Shown: piece by piece, positions 1-10,065 of the stretch
Numbering within the stretch: position 1 is the first letter of the stretch
Layout of the letters: each line of letters begins with the position of its first letter
Virus record (IMG/VR): IMGVR_UViG_3300029305_005387
Strand: one strand, 5' to 3'
Length of the DNA: 64,000 nt
DNA from: a virus
Lineage: Duplodnaviria > Caudoviricetes
Made by a program: the position numbers and the translations under genes
The notes under the pieces: model-generated
What the model was told of the DNA's origin: nothing
Database searches by the model: none
Seen by the model: the letters and a program-made list of their open reading frames with translations, nothing else

Positions 1-307
1 AACCAGTAATGTGGAAGGTATAGTAAAAAGGTGTTAGGTAGAGAAAATCCGCAGCTAAGCATCTCTGAATAAGAGATGAAAGTTCAACGACTATCCCATT
101 AGGATCTGAATAAGATCAACAGGAGTAGGGCTGTAAGCTAATGACAGTGGGTGAGAATCCCTTAAATCGAAATGGAGGAACTCAGTGATGTATAATCACT
201 GGGAAGATATAGTCTCAACGTACTGCGAGAGCAGTAGAAGTTTAATTACGACTGTTAAAGGAGTAATAAGAACTGCACAGTGTTGCGAACTGTGTGAAGA
301 TAAATTG
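1..307 (+). mobile_element. Group I intron (3' portion, IA-like) in the RNA polymerase beta N-terminal subunit gene
   Basis: Q AATCCGCAGC (46-55), R GTTCAACGACTA (82-93), S AAGATATAGTCT (204-215); P7 GACTA/TAGTC; P8 hairpin 181-203; P9 TACTGC-GAGA-GCAGTA; terminal G at 307 restores the frame. Confidence 0.9.
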
Positions 308-853
308 GAAGATATTTTCATAACTAGATTATATTCTTCCGGGGTACTTAGATATGCAGAGAATGATTCTGATATGGATATGGGTATGAAATTGAAATAT
401 ACCGCAAAAGGTCCGAACAGTATCGGCAATGCGGACAATAGAAGAATCCCAATTCGTCAACGAACATTGCATCCTAGTATGGTGGGCTGGATTGACATCG
501 CAGACTCCTCATCTAGTGATCCTGGAAGATCTGGCTCATTGAGCCCATATAATGAAATGAAATCAATGTACTTTGATGAATCTCTTTATGAGAATGAAAT
601 GCATTATAAAATTGCTAAAATTCTTGATGAATGTCCTCTAGATGATGATTATGAGGAATTTAGAATCATTTGTGATAGTGAAGAAGAATATAATAAAGTA
701 TTAGATTCTTTATATCATTATGGAAATGATAAAATCAAAATCTTTGGAGTTACGAACAATCCAATGGAAATCATCATTGAGAAAGACCCTAGAGAAAATT
801 ATAGACAGTTTAATGAAGATGCATTTTTATTGTCAAAGGAAGAGAATAAATAA
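308..853 (+). CDS. 3' exon of split phage RNA polymerase beta subunit, N-terminal part (likely non-virion RNAP)
   Basis: KYTAKGPNSIG and HPSMVGWIDIADSSSSDPGRSGSLSPY align with RpoB SALGPGGL and [26 protein letters not shown]; the track start at 185 lies in the intron. Confidence 0.85.
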   Translation, partial: EDIFITRLYSSGVLRYAENDSDMDMGMKLKYTAKGPNSIGNADNRRIPIRQRTLHPSMVGWIDIADSSSSDPGRSGSLSPYNEMKSMYFDESLYENEMHYKIAKILDECPLDDDYEEFRIICDSEEEYNKVLDSLYHYGNDKIKIFGVTNNPMEIIIEKDPRENYRQFNEDAFLLSKEENK

Positions 854-868
854 CACGGAGGATATAGT

Positions 869-1558
869 ATGAAACAGATTGTGAGATATAGATTCATGAC
901 TATTCCTAGTAAGCTAACAGGAGAGTTAAGAATTACAATAGATGAAAGATCTGCTGAGTATAATTCTCAGTTTGATGGAGGTCGTTCAACTAATATTGCG
1001 TTGTTTCCTATCATAGCAGTTGCAATAACACGACCTAACGAAATAGATGAGAAAGGAAATAAAATCAGAGCACCTTGGAATCCGAATGATTCAATTGGTA
1101 TGACTAAGTTTACATTTCCTATTTTCATCAACGAATTAAAAGCAATGATGAGAGATATGAAGATTCCTGAACTGTATACATATCAAGGGAATCGTTTAGA
1201 ACTAAATACAAAGATTAGTGAAAAATATCGTCATGTATTTATGCTCGGTAATACAGCGATTGAATTTAGTCCGGTAGTAATCACTCAACCTGATGAAACA
1301 AAAGTAGAAGGTGTTAAACTGAAATTCAATAGAGAAGAATCTTCAGTTTTATTAACATTAAATGAATTGGAAGCTTTGTTATATAATCTCAATTCATTGA
1401 ATGTTGATTTACTATCTCTTCAATTGTATAAGACTTACATTACAAAAGTTTCTTACAGTGAAGGACGAGCTTATAGAAATCCTAATCCAGATAAATTGGT
1501 AGATGTTCCAAATAACAATCATCCTAAAGAAATGGATTTTCAAGAATTTGTAGATTAA
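869..1558 (+). CDS. Hypothetical protein (229 aa)
   Basis: ORF with GGAGG RBS, followed by palindrome/terminator. Confidence 0.8.
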   Translation: MKQIVRYRFMTIPSKLTGELRITIDERSAEYNSQFDGGRSTNIALFPIIAVAITRPNEIDEKGNKIRAPWNPNDSIGMTKFTFPIFINELKAMMRDMKIPELYTYQGNRLELNTKISEKYRHVFMLGNTAIEFSPVVITQPDETKVEGVKLKFNREESSVLLTLNELEALLYNLNSLNVDLLSLQLYKTYITKVSYSEGRAYRNPNPDKLVDVPNNNHPKEMDFQEFVD

Positions 1559-1569
1559 TAAAGATATAA

Positions 1570-1601
1570 GATTTAGGAGGATCAATTGATCCTCCTAAAT
1601 C
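1570..1601. terminator. Perfect 32-bp palindrome, probable intrinsic terminator
   Basis: GATTTAGGAGGATCAA|TTGATCCTCCTAAATC. Confidence 0.7.
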
Positions 1602-1647
1602 GTTTTATTATGAAAATAAAGTAGGATTAAATAACTACTATGAAATT

Positions 1648-1656
1648 ATATATTAT
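1648..1656 (+). promoter_or_regulatory. Early-type phage promoter motif ATATATTAT
   Basis: Recurrent oriented motif upstream of non-structural genes; resembles phiKZ early TATATTAC. Confidence 0.6.
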
Positions 1657-1701
1657 CTCTATAATAAAACATATCTAACAAATAAAAATGGAGGTAAAGA
1701 G

Positions 1702-2598
1702 ATGATTGGAGTTATTCCTAGTGGAAATAAAACATATGAAATACTCGGAAGTTTTGAATCAGAAAAATTAGTCGAAGGTAAATTGTATTATAGACCCAAA
1801 GACAATCGATTGTATTATTATTCAAAGATCGAAACTAGATCAAATCCAAATACTGGATATTTTCCTGTATGGAACGGTAGCAGAGTATTTGAATCAAATT
1901 TCTCAAATCGTAAATATTTCGATAAAGACACAATAATCACTGATGTAAATAATTTAGCAATATCAATCAACAATTCAGTTGCCAAAAATATTATTTATAA
2001 TCAAAGAAAAAGTACAAATGGTTCATTATTGAAACCAGAGATCAAAGATGAAGATAATATGTTTACTCAATGCATTAAAAGCGTAATATGTGCAATGGAT
2101 ATCACAATGGTAGATCTGTTTGATATGTGTGCTCCTAAACTTAGTGAGAAAGTAATTGAGAATTATTATTCTGCGTTAACAAAGATTTCTTTTATGAGAC
2201 TTGATAGATGGAATATATGGCTCAATACTATTCTACATATGTCATATGTTTTAGAAGTCTATAATGGTGATAGAAAACTATTGACATATTCATATCCATC
2301 AGATACATTCGATACTGGAATTGTTAAGTATGACAACATCATTCAAACAGCTGATGATCCATATAAGAAAATTGTTAAAGTATTAATGGTGATGGAAAAT
2401 ATTACAAAGTCTACATTAAAGACTGATGAAATTGATGATTATACCATCAATAACATGATGACTACATTGGGTAGTAAGAAACCATTATCAGCACAATTAT
2501 TTAGTAGATTCATTCGTATGGCTAATCTTGCATATACAATCACCATATATGACAAAGATAAAGTCATGTTTGAATATAAAGAACAGGGAGGAAATTAA
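1702..2598 (+). CDS. Hypothetical protein, possibly two tandem HTH-like domains
   Basis: Two similar helical units in the C-terminal two-thirds; GGAGG RBS. Confidence 0.6.
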   Translation: MIGVIPSGNKTYEILGSFESEKLVEGKLYYRPKDNRLYYYSKIETRSNPNTGYFPVWNGSRVFESNFSNRKYFDKDTIITDVNNLAISINNSVAKNIIYNQRKSTNGSLLKPEIKDEDNMFTQCIKSVICAMDITMVDLFDMCAPKLSEKVIENYYSALTKISFMRLDRWNIWLNTILHMSYVLEVYNGDRKLLTYSYPSDTFDTGIVKYDNIIQTADDPYKKIVKVLMVMENITKSTLKTDEIDDYTINNMMTTLGSKKPLSAQLFSRFIRMANLAYTITIYDKDKVMFEYKEQGGN

Positions 2599-2600
2599 AC

Positions 2601-2864
2601 ATGAAGAAATTAGGAAAGAAAGTATTATTAACAGGAGCAGTGTTAGCAGTAAGTGGTCTAGTGATGACTGGATGTAATAAACAGATTATCGATACTACAT
2701 TCAATTATGACTATGCGTATATCTCTATGCCGAATGGAGAAGTTGTAGAAGGAGAAATTGAGTCATGGAAAGATTTTGAAGACGGTGATCAGATCCAGGT
2801 AAAGATCGATGGAGATATGTATCTAGTACATTCTTCAAATATTATCATGATTGATAAAGATTAA
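2601..2864 (+). CDS. Small lipoprotein
   Basis: Basic N-terminus, hydrophobic stretch, lipobox MTGC. Confidence 0.8.
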   Translation: MKKLGKKVLLTGAVLAVSGLVMTGCNKQIIDTTFNYDYAYISMPNGEVVEGEIESWKDFEDGDQIQVKIDGDMYLVHSSNIIMIDKD

Positions 2865-2887
2865 AAAAAGAAAGGTAGGTAAAATAT

Positions 2888-3391
2888 ATGAAGTATTACG
2901 ATAAAGCAGGTAAAATTCATAATTCATTAGCAGGAGCAGCATTCAGTAATTTTCGAATCAAAGTAGACAAGACCATGAAGGATAAAATTCCTGGATATGG
3001 TTTAATGAAAGAGGCAAAGAAATATAATAACGAAAATATTGAAGACGATGTTATTGATGCTGAATTTGTAGAAGACAATACAGATGATTTGGAAGATAAT
3101 AATGTTGTTACAAACGTGACAGATGTAGAAATTGATTATGAAAATGGAAATCTTGTTTCTGTTGACGGTGATGGAAATGTAGTTGCAGAAGATCCTATTC
3201 CGGAGAATCTCCAGAGACAAACATGTACAGATCTTTTCATGGATGAAAGAGATCCTAATCCACGTAAAATTTATACAGTTCCTTACGAATATAGATGTCG
3301 CTGTGGACTGAAGAAATCTCCATATGTATTGGACGAGACTTGTAACATTTGCGGAACAAAGATTGATATTCAAAAAGAAATCACTGAATAA
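2888..3391 (+). CDS. Acidic hypothetical protein with C-terminal Zn ribbon
   Basis: CRCG...CNICG. Confidence 0.7.
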   Translation: MKYYDKAGKIHNSLAGAAFSNFRIKVDKTMKDKIPGYGLMKEAKKYNNENIEDDVIDAEFVEDNTDDLEDNNVVTNVTDVEIDYENGNLVSVDGDGNVVAEDPIPENLQRQTCTDLFMDERDPNPRKIYTVPYEYRCRCGLKKSPYVLDETCNICGTKIDIQKEITE

Positions 3392-3405
3392 AAAATATCT
3401 TAAAA

Positions 3406-3432
3406 GAAAGGAGGGAATTCATCCCTCCTTTC
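3406..3432. terminator. Bidirectional terminator between convergent genes
   Basis: GAAAGGAGGGA/TCCCTCCTTTC stem with A/T flanks. Confidence 0.75.
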
Positions 3433-3475
3433 CTTTTCCTCATATTTTCTTAATGATAATTATTTTTAATGATAA

Positions 3476-4315
3476 TTATTTTTTATCTTTGTCATCCGCT
3501 TTAACAGCTTCAAGACCTTCCAATTCAGAAGGAATCTTCTTGTCAACTACGATCATATAGCACTGACGAGCATCCTTCCAGCCGAAATGAGTGATGAACA
3601 TATCTTTTACACTCTGTGTAGTTTTAATGTAGAGAATCTTATATTCTCCAAGTTCATCTTTGAACTTCTCATTAGCATCGTCAACTAATTTAGAAATATT
3701 ACCTTCTTCAGTATCACAGATACCGATAACCTGCCATAATCTTGCCTGAAGAGCTCTAACTGCTGCAGGAGAGAAGATCAATGATTCGACACCAATAGGC
3801 ATAGTAATTGCACCAACAATCAATCTAGACCAAATCTTAGACTCTCTAAAAGGAATATCATTATTCTTCATGAATTTCTTGAAATCATCTTTGATCTTTT
3901 CAACAATATCTTTGATGTCTTTTTTGTCAGATTTATCAACTCTCTCAAACATAGGTCCACTGATAATAGAGTTGTAAATAGCTTCAGCTACAGCTGCTTC
4001 AGTGAATTCTTCCTGATCCTGTTCAGTTGTAGATTCAACAATTGTACAGCTCTGAAGAATACCTAAAAGTTCATAAGACTCTTTAAAGCTCTTCTGAAGA
4101 TCTGCAATTGCAGAATTGTATGCTTCTTTAGTAATAGTGGAACCTGCAGGAATAGAAGGACCAAATTCACCACCCTCAGGTTTTGCAGTAGGTTTTTCTG
4201 TGAGACCACCAGGTACAGATGGACCCATATTTTCTACACTTTCGTTCAATTGCATATTAAGAATGTCATCATCTTTCGCATTCTCAAAAATGCCTAAATT
4301 AAATAAACCATTCAT
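3476..4315 (-). CDS. Probable internal head/virion protein
   Basis: Acidic leader with LNE-S, IVE-S, FTE-A motifs; AACA-N6-TA upstream. Confidence 0.6.
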   Translation of the reverse strand: MNGLFNLGIFENAKDDDILNMQLNESVENMGPSVPGGLTEKPTAKPEGGEFGPSIPAGSTITKEAYNSAIADLQKSFKESYELLGILQSCTIVESTTEQDQEEFTEAAVAEAIYNSIISGPMFERVDKSDKKDIKDIVEKIKDDFKKFMKNNDIPFRESKIWSRLIVGAITMPIGVESLIFSPAAVRALQARLWQVIGICDTEEGNISKLVDDANEKFKDELGEYKILYIKTTQSVKDMFITHFGWKDARQCYMIVVDKKIPSELEGLEAVKADDKDKK

Positions 4316-4360
4316 ATTAACGTCTCCTTTACTTTAATAAATTTAATTGTTAGTCTAAGT

Positions 4361-4372
4361 TAACGACATGTT
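4361..4372 (-). promoter_or_regulatory. Late-type promoter AACA-N6-TA
   Basis: AACAtgtcgtTA, matches the AR9 nvRNAP consensus. Confidence 0.6.
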
Positions 4373-4379
4373 CTATTAT

Positions 4380-5921
4380 TTATCGTTCTGTAAACCCATA
4401 ATCTGTAGCAACAAATTCACCATTTTTTCTGATACCAATATTACCCCAATGGATATCAGTTAGTGATATCTTTAATCCTGCGTTAATTCTTGCATCATGA
4501 ATATCATCTAATAATTTATCATATTTCTTTTGGTGGCTAGAATCATGGCGATCTACAGTATCAGTATCTACCAATTCCATAGATATAACGCATTTATTTT
4601 TAGAAATGTTTTCAACTCTTGTCAACAAATGATCAGAATTATTCTTTTTGAATGCGTCAAATACCATTGCTTCAGCATTATTAGATCTAACACCATATTG
4701 AGATAATGCAACTTTAATAGCTACTGGTTCATTTAATGGGAATAACGCTAATCTTGTTTGACCCATTTTAGGTCTTCGTTGATCTGCATTTCCTCTCATA
4801 CGTTTACTACAAATTGCAAATGTATTCCAAGCAATATATTTTGGAGGAACATTTCCAGTTATACAACCTTCGACGAATTTAGATAAATCTTCATTATTGT
4901 CAATCATCTCTGCATACTTAGCATCTATCTCATAAATATGATTCATACATGTGGTGATAGCGTTAATACCGAATTGAAATCTCCAAGATACATCAGCAAT
5001 GAAATTTAGAGCTTCACGAACAATAACACTGTTTTCACCAGGAATGATACTAGGATCATCATAGAAAGATAATGCCTTATGAATATCTTGAATAACTTTA
5101 TTTACTTCTTCAATATTCTTTATATCTGCAACGAATTTGTTAGGTACAGAAGCACCAGTATTCCAATATTGTTTAAATTTATTCACTTTATTGACAAATT
5201 GAGTTTCATTAAAAATACCACCTTCATATTCTTTAGCATTTAATGAAGAGATAATATCTTTAAGTAGATTTAGTTTATCAGGATTGATAATCATATCAAA
5301 AGTGAATACAATAGCATTCCAAGAATTATTTAACGGAGCATGTCCAGGTACAGCATTTCTACCTCGGTTAACCATATTGGAATCTTGAACATAATTTACT
5401 CGAAATAAAAAAGAACTTCCATCTATTTTACATTGTAAATCTTTATATGCTAATGTGATATTTTCTGTATGATCCGTTTTATCATCACCAACAATTGGAT
5501 TGAATGGAATACTGATAGATTTTTGTTCACTTACACTTTTATTAGATTCCAAAGATTTATCATTTGCTGATATTAATGTCTTTTGTGATTTTATACTTTG
5601 ATTATTAGATGGAGATTTAAATACTTCATCAACAATTGCATCTACACTTTGAGTTTTTCGTTTAAATAAATTTTTAACCCAATTAGTGAAACGATTCCAC
5701 TGTTTTGCAATCCAAGTAAATATCTTTTTAATTGTCTCCATAATACGAGTTATAAGATTTTTCTTTGTAACTGGTTTGGAAGTAGCCTCTGATAAAACTT
5801 CTTCCATATATGATGTTCCATCTTCAAAATAATTAATGAAAACATCTTCCTTTAAAATGTTTTAACATTTTAAAGGATTAAAATCAAATTTTTCATTGAT
5901 TACTAAGTCAATATTATTCAT
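4380..5921 (-). CDS. Head-protein leader fused to C-terminal protein-kinase-like domain; in-frame TAA at 5862-5864 (open frame 4380-5807)
   Basis: GQTR loop, VAIKVA, alphaC Glu (NNAE), DIHWGN, DYG; AAGGAGG RBS and ATG at 5921 in frame; leader homologous to paralog 6771-8246. Confidence 0.75.
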
Positions 5922-5940
5922 TTTATCCTCCTTAAAATAT

Positions 5941-5975
5941 AAAAATAAAGGGATCTAAACAATCCCTTTATTTTT
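5941..5975 (-). terminator. Terminator after phosphatase gene
   Basis: 14-bp stem AAAAATAAAGGGAT/ATCCCTTTATTTTT, 7-nt loop. Confidence 0.65.
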
Positions 5976-6706
5976 TATGAATAGAATACTTCCATGTCAT
6001 CTAGACGAATACATGACAATCTACCACCATAATTAGGATAAGCTGCTCCACAATCAATTCCAATAATGTCGTTATCTTCATAGATTTCCATTGGAGAAAC
6101 TTTATTTTCATCCTGATGCAAATGGATTGTTGGTGTGTGACCAAATATAAACTTAACCTTTCCTTGTCCTGAATCTGCTAAATAATGTACTGCTTCACGA
6201 TCCCATACGCAGAAGAATGCTTTTGATTCTTTCAAATCGTCTCCAAGTGTTTTCTTGAATTCATTATAAATGATCTCTGGTGCCGCATGACATAAAACAA
6301 ATTTTTTATCTCCAGCTTCAGTAATGATGTTCAAAGGAAGTTTAAGTAGATAATTGATGATTTTAATCTGTTCGTCTTTATTCAGTTTTAACAACGATTT
6401 GTGAGTAATACCTCCTCCATTATGATACCATAGATCACGATCTTCTTTCAGGTTTATAACCTGATCTTTTTCGTATGGAAATCCTAATGAAGACAGCATC
6501 ATGTATTCGTGGTTACCCAAAATCATTTTTGCGTTTGGCATATTCATAATTCTTTGAAGAATATTAATGCCATATTTACCTCTGTCAACTACATCCCCAA
6601 GAATAAATAATTCATCTTCGTCAGAAAAGTTAATCTTCTTGAGAATAGAATTGAACGCCTCTAAGTTACCGTGGATATCTGATAAAACATATTTCATTTT
6701 ACACAT
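5975..6706 (-). CDS. Ser/Thr protein phosphatase (PPP / calcineurin-like metallophosphoesterase)
   Basis: SDIHG, GDVVDRG, GNHE, HA, FGHTP, IDCG motifs. Confidence 0.92.
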   Translation of the reverse strand: MCKMKYVLSDIHGNLEAFNSILKKINFSDEDELFILGDVVDRGKYGINILQRIMNMPNAKMILGNHEYMMLSSLGFPYEKDQVINLKEDRDLWYHNGGGITHKSLLKLNKDEQIKIINYLLKLPLNIITEAGDKKFVLCHAAPEIIYNEFKKTLGDDLKESKAFFCVWDREAVHYLADSGQGKVKFIFGHTPTIHLHQDENKVSPMEIYEDNDIIGIDCGAAYPNYGGRLSCIRLDDMEVFYS

Positions 6707-6731
6707 CTCCTTTTCTTATTATTCTATATTA

Positions 6732-6740
6732 ATAATATAT
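6732..6740 (-). promoter_or_regulatory. Early-type promoter motif ATATATTAT
   Basis: Upstream of the phosphatase RBS. Confidence 0.6.
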
Positions 6741-6770
6741 CTTTCTTAAGAAAAGAGATGCGTTAATCAA

Positions 6771-8246
6771 TTATTTGCTAATTGCTTTAAGAGAAGTTCT
6801 ATGAGTAAAACCATAATCCAGTGCAACTATTTTACCATTCTTTTTACCAACATTGAAAACGTGTAAATCTGTAATAAGGAATGGAATATTATGATCTGAA
6901 ATTAATTGTTGCATTTCTGTTTTCAATTTTGAAATATCGTCCTGTTTCACTTTCAGAGGATGGATAATCTCAACTCGTTCAGAATCAATTATTACATGAT
7001 CATTATAATCTTTATTACAAACTGCAATTAAATGGTCTCCATTATATTTCTTATACGCATCAGATATCTGATGTTCTGAGAAATTACTTCTAATTCCCCA
7101 ACCGGATAATGCAATCTTATGAACAATTGATTTATCTTCAGGGAAGAAAGTAACTCTAGACTGACCCCAGCAAGGTTTATTAGCTTCAGAATCGGTTCCT
7201 CGAATTTTCTTAGAACTAATCAGATATGTGTTATATGAAACATATTTTGAAGGAATACCATTATCAATCATTTTCTTTACAAATTTTGATAATGTTTCAA
7301 CAGAATCAATACTTCCATAATATGATCCATCGATTAAAGCAACTTCCTTCAAAGAACTAGTAATAGCATTCATACACATCTGCATAGCGGCCAATATACC
7401 TGATATTGCATTTAATGTAAGAATAATAAAACTGACATCTCTATCTTCTTTAAATGAAGAGAAAGGATCATCAATCTTTCTAATTATTTGATCTGCTTCA
7501 TTTAAACTTTTCTGAAATGTAATTAATTGATCAATTGTGTATTCAAATGTTTTATTCATTTGATCAAATTTCATTTGTTTATCTGAATACTCTTTAGTAA
7601 ACTTATTACATTTATCCTGTAATTCCTTTGTAATAACATCTGCGTTTACTATCTCATTTAACAGATCTTTGATTTTGTCAAATTCTGCAGGATTTTGAAT
7701 ATATTCCATACATGATAAAAATGGACCCATTGTCATTGGCGTATCCTTATGACCTTTAATTTTACCATGCATTTTATATCCCATTTTCACTGCATTCCAT
7801 ATAAAGTTAAATTTGATCTTTTTATTATCCATAAATTCAACTAGTACTGGTTTACATACTAATTCAATCTCTTCATCAATTTTAACTTCAGAATTATCAT
7901 GTGATGGAATTTTAATTCTCATATTGTTAGCGAAATTTTTATCAACTTCATGTCGAGGAATATTCATTTCTATTGCTAACTGGTCTACTGTCTTCATATT
8001 CTGTCTGAGAATTTTTGTCTTACAGAAGTTAATAAATTTTGTCCATTGTAATGATAGCCAACCAAAAAGTTTTTTGATTAATTCCCATAAACGTTTGAAG
8101 ATATTTTTCTTAGATACAGCTTGTGATGCTTCTGTAATCACATTTTCTAAGAATTGTACACCTTCAGAAAATGAACAAAAATCTTCACGTATCATATCTA
8201 ATGGATCACAGTTAAATGATTCCATAATAAATGCATTTTCGTACAT
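6771..8246 (-). CDS. Head-protein leader fused to C-terminal protein-kinase-like domain (paralog of 4380-5921)
   Basis: ITE-A then amphipathic helix KNIFKRLWELIKKLFGWL; GQSR, VHKIA, NFSE, DLHVFN, DYG. Confidence 0.8.
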   Translation of the reverse strand: MYENAFIMESFNCDPLDMIREDFCSFSEGVQFLENVITEASQAVSKKNIFKRLWELIKKLFGWLSLQWTKFINFCKTKILRQNMKTVDQLAIEMNIPRHEVDKNFANNMRIKIPSHDNSEVKIDEEIELVCKPVLVEFMDNKKIKFNFIWNAVKMGYKMHGKIKGHKDTPMTMGPFLSCMEYIQNPAEFDKIKDLLNEIVNADVITKELQDKCNKFTKEYSDKQMKFDQMNKTFEYTIDQLITFQKSLNEADQIIRKIDDPFSSFKEDRDVSFIILTLNAISGILAAMQMCMNAITSSLKEVALIDGSYYGSIDSVETLSKFVKKMIDNGIPSKYVSYNTYLISSKKIRGTDSEANKPCWGQSRVTFFPEDKSIVHKIALSGWGIRSNFSEHQISDAYKKYNGDHLIAVCNKDYNDHVIIDSERVEIIHPLKVKQDDISKLKTEMQQLISDHNIPFLITDLHVFNVGKKNGKIVALDYGFTHRTSLKAISK

Positions 8247-8262
8247 TTCATTTCCACTCCTT

Positions 8263-9588
8263 CTATTCTAGATTATATATCTCTTTGATCATATTGTTAA
8301 TATAATCATGTGATACTGTTATGAGAAGACGGTAAGTTCTATGTTGATCCGGATTAGTCAGATGCAACTCCCTTTTATACCAATCAATATAGAACATCTC
8401 ATCATCTAAAATTTTTCCATTCTCACGGAATTGAATTTTAATAAATCTATCCATTGGAATCCCATATTGTAGATGATAATCAATTACAGCATTTAATGAC
8501 TGATTTAAAATATTTTCAATTGAAATAGAACTTTCTTCCATTTTCAATTTGAATATAGGCCATCCTAAAATAGTCCATCCAACAGGGATTTCAAAATCAT
8601 CAAGATTAATTACGTCTGAAAACATTGGTACAATTGCTTTATTTTCATCATTATTATTTACTACCACAGATTTTTTCAAATCAGGAGAATTTAGTGTGAA
8701 ATAACCAATTGTATTAAACTCACAGCGTACAGTAAATGTGATATCAAAGTTCCTTCGTACTTGTCCATCTTTTACTCCAGGTCCTGCTTGAGGGTCTTGA
8801 ATAACTGTATCAATATCAGCAATGTAATACATAAAGAATTCATCTGAATTAGATCCCCCTTTGAGTTTATACGTAATAGGATGATAAAACATACTATTCA
8901 TCAATGTTAAGAAATCATAAACAGAATTATTTTCATCCTTTACTGGAACTTTAGATAGATTTCCAACTAATTCACAGAATCTCTCAGGAATATACAATTC
9001 TAATGGAGCTTTAATGAATTGATTATGTCCAATTGGAAGTGTATTGAATAAATAAGACATCCAATTGATTTGTTCTGAATAAGTATTAAACGATAATACT
9101 ACATCCACATACATAACAGCACGATTATAATGTCCATGAATATATAGATTCTTTTGACGATGTTTAGCTAATTCTATTAATGATCCATCTCCCCATAATG
9201 CATGAGTATTAGTAATTCTACTATTAAGTAGAGTATTTCCAAGAAAACGATTGTCTTCTTGACCAAATACAACTCTTGGAACTAATACCATCATAGGACA
9301 TTCTTTTTTGTGTAATTGATGAGGTAAATGATTTAACTGTCTACTTGCAAGTGTGGTACTAGCAGTAACTGTCTTAAATAAATCTGCTGGAAATACGTCT
9401 AATAAATACTTTTCTACTACACTTAACACATTTCCATATGTATGAGCAGCAGATGTATTACAGATAGCAGTTGTATTTCGTATATGCTCTCCATATGCAG
9501 CTCCGCTATTCTTTTCATATTGCATTCCAACTTCTCTTATTTCAGGATTCGATTTATTAGGATTTACCTGATAATCACGTGGTAACAT
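8263..9588 (-). CDS. Probable virion structural protein (tail/neck region)
   Basis: 441-aa ORF within the structural block; no diagnostic motif recognised. Confidence 0.45.
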   Translation of the reverse strand: MLPRDYQVNPNKSNPEIREVGMQYEKNSGAAYGEHIRNTTAICNTSAAHTYGNVLSVVEKYLLDVFPADLFKTVTASTTLASRQLNHLPHQLHKKECPMMVLVPRVVFGQEDNRFLGNTLLNSRITNTHALWGDGSLIELAKHRQKNLYIHGHYNRAVMYVDVVLSFNTYSEQINWMSYLFNTLPIGHNQFIKAPLELYIPERFCELVGNLSKVPVKDENNSVYDFLTLMNSMFYHPITYKLKGGSNSDEFFMYYIADIDTVIQDPQAGPGVKDGQVRRNFDITFTVRCEFNTIGYFTLNSPDLKKSVVVNNNDENKAIVPMFSDVINLDDFEIPVGWTILGWPIFKLKMEESSISIENILNQSLNAVIDYHLQYGIPMDRFIKIQFRENGKILDDEMFYIDWYKRELHLTNPDQHRTYRLLITVSHDYINNMIKEIYNLE

Positions 9589-9629
9589 ATTTTCTCACCT
9601 CTTTTCCGTTAATAAAACGTACGCAAATT

Positions 9630-9671
9630 AAATATAAAAGATTGGGGAATATTCCCCAATCTTTTATATTT
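9630..9671. terminator. Perfect 42-bp palindrome
   Basis: AAATATAAAAGATTGGGGAAT|ATTCCCCAATCTTTTATATTT. Confidence 0.7.
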
Positions 9672-9676
9672 TTCTT

Positions 9677-10063
9677 TTATATTTTTCTTTCTCTTTTAAA
9701 GAAGACTTTCATTATTTCTTTTAACATATTTGGATTATAAACTTTAATAATCGGATAACAAAATTCAGTTACATTTTTGAATCCATTAACTCGTAATAAT
9801 GCTAACCATAATTCTGTAGTTCCATATAATTCCAAACTTAATAACTTTGGTTTATAAAACATACTTTCTGGAACTGTATACCATTGAATAGTACTTTCGA
9901 GTTCTGCTTTATGCTTTAAGAAGAAATCATCAATTGGAATTCTGTATATATGATTTTCATCGTTAATATCTCCCACTAAAACTGTATCGTAGATGTTATG
10001 TAAAGATATTACTTCTTTTTTACCATCTGTAATATATCTATCTACATAAGTTGTATTTGCCAT
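9677..10063 (-). CDS. Baseplate wedge protein, T4 gp53/LysM-like
   Basis: YKPKLLSLELYGTTELWLALLRVN. Confidence 0.7.
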   Translation of the reverse strand: MANTTYVDRYITDGKKEVISLHNIYDTVLVGDINDENHIYRIPIDDFFLKHKAELESTIQWYTVPESMFYKPKLLSLELYGTTELWLALLRVNGFKNVTEFCYPIIKVYNPNMLKEIMKVFFKRERKI

Positions 10064-10065
10064 TA

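Noticed and set aside
185-307. N-terminal 41 codons of track ORF 185-853
   Set aside because: They overlap intron P8/S/P9 elements and are not RNAP sequence.
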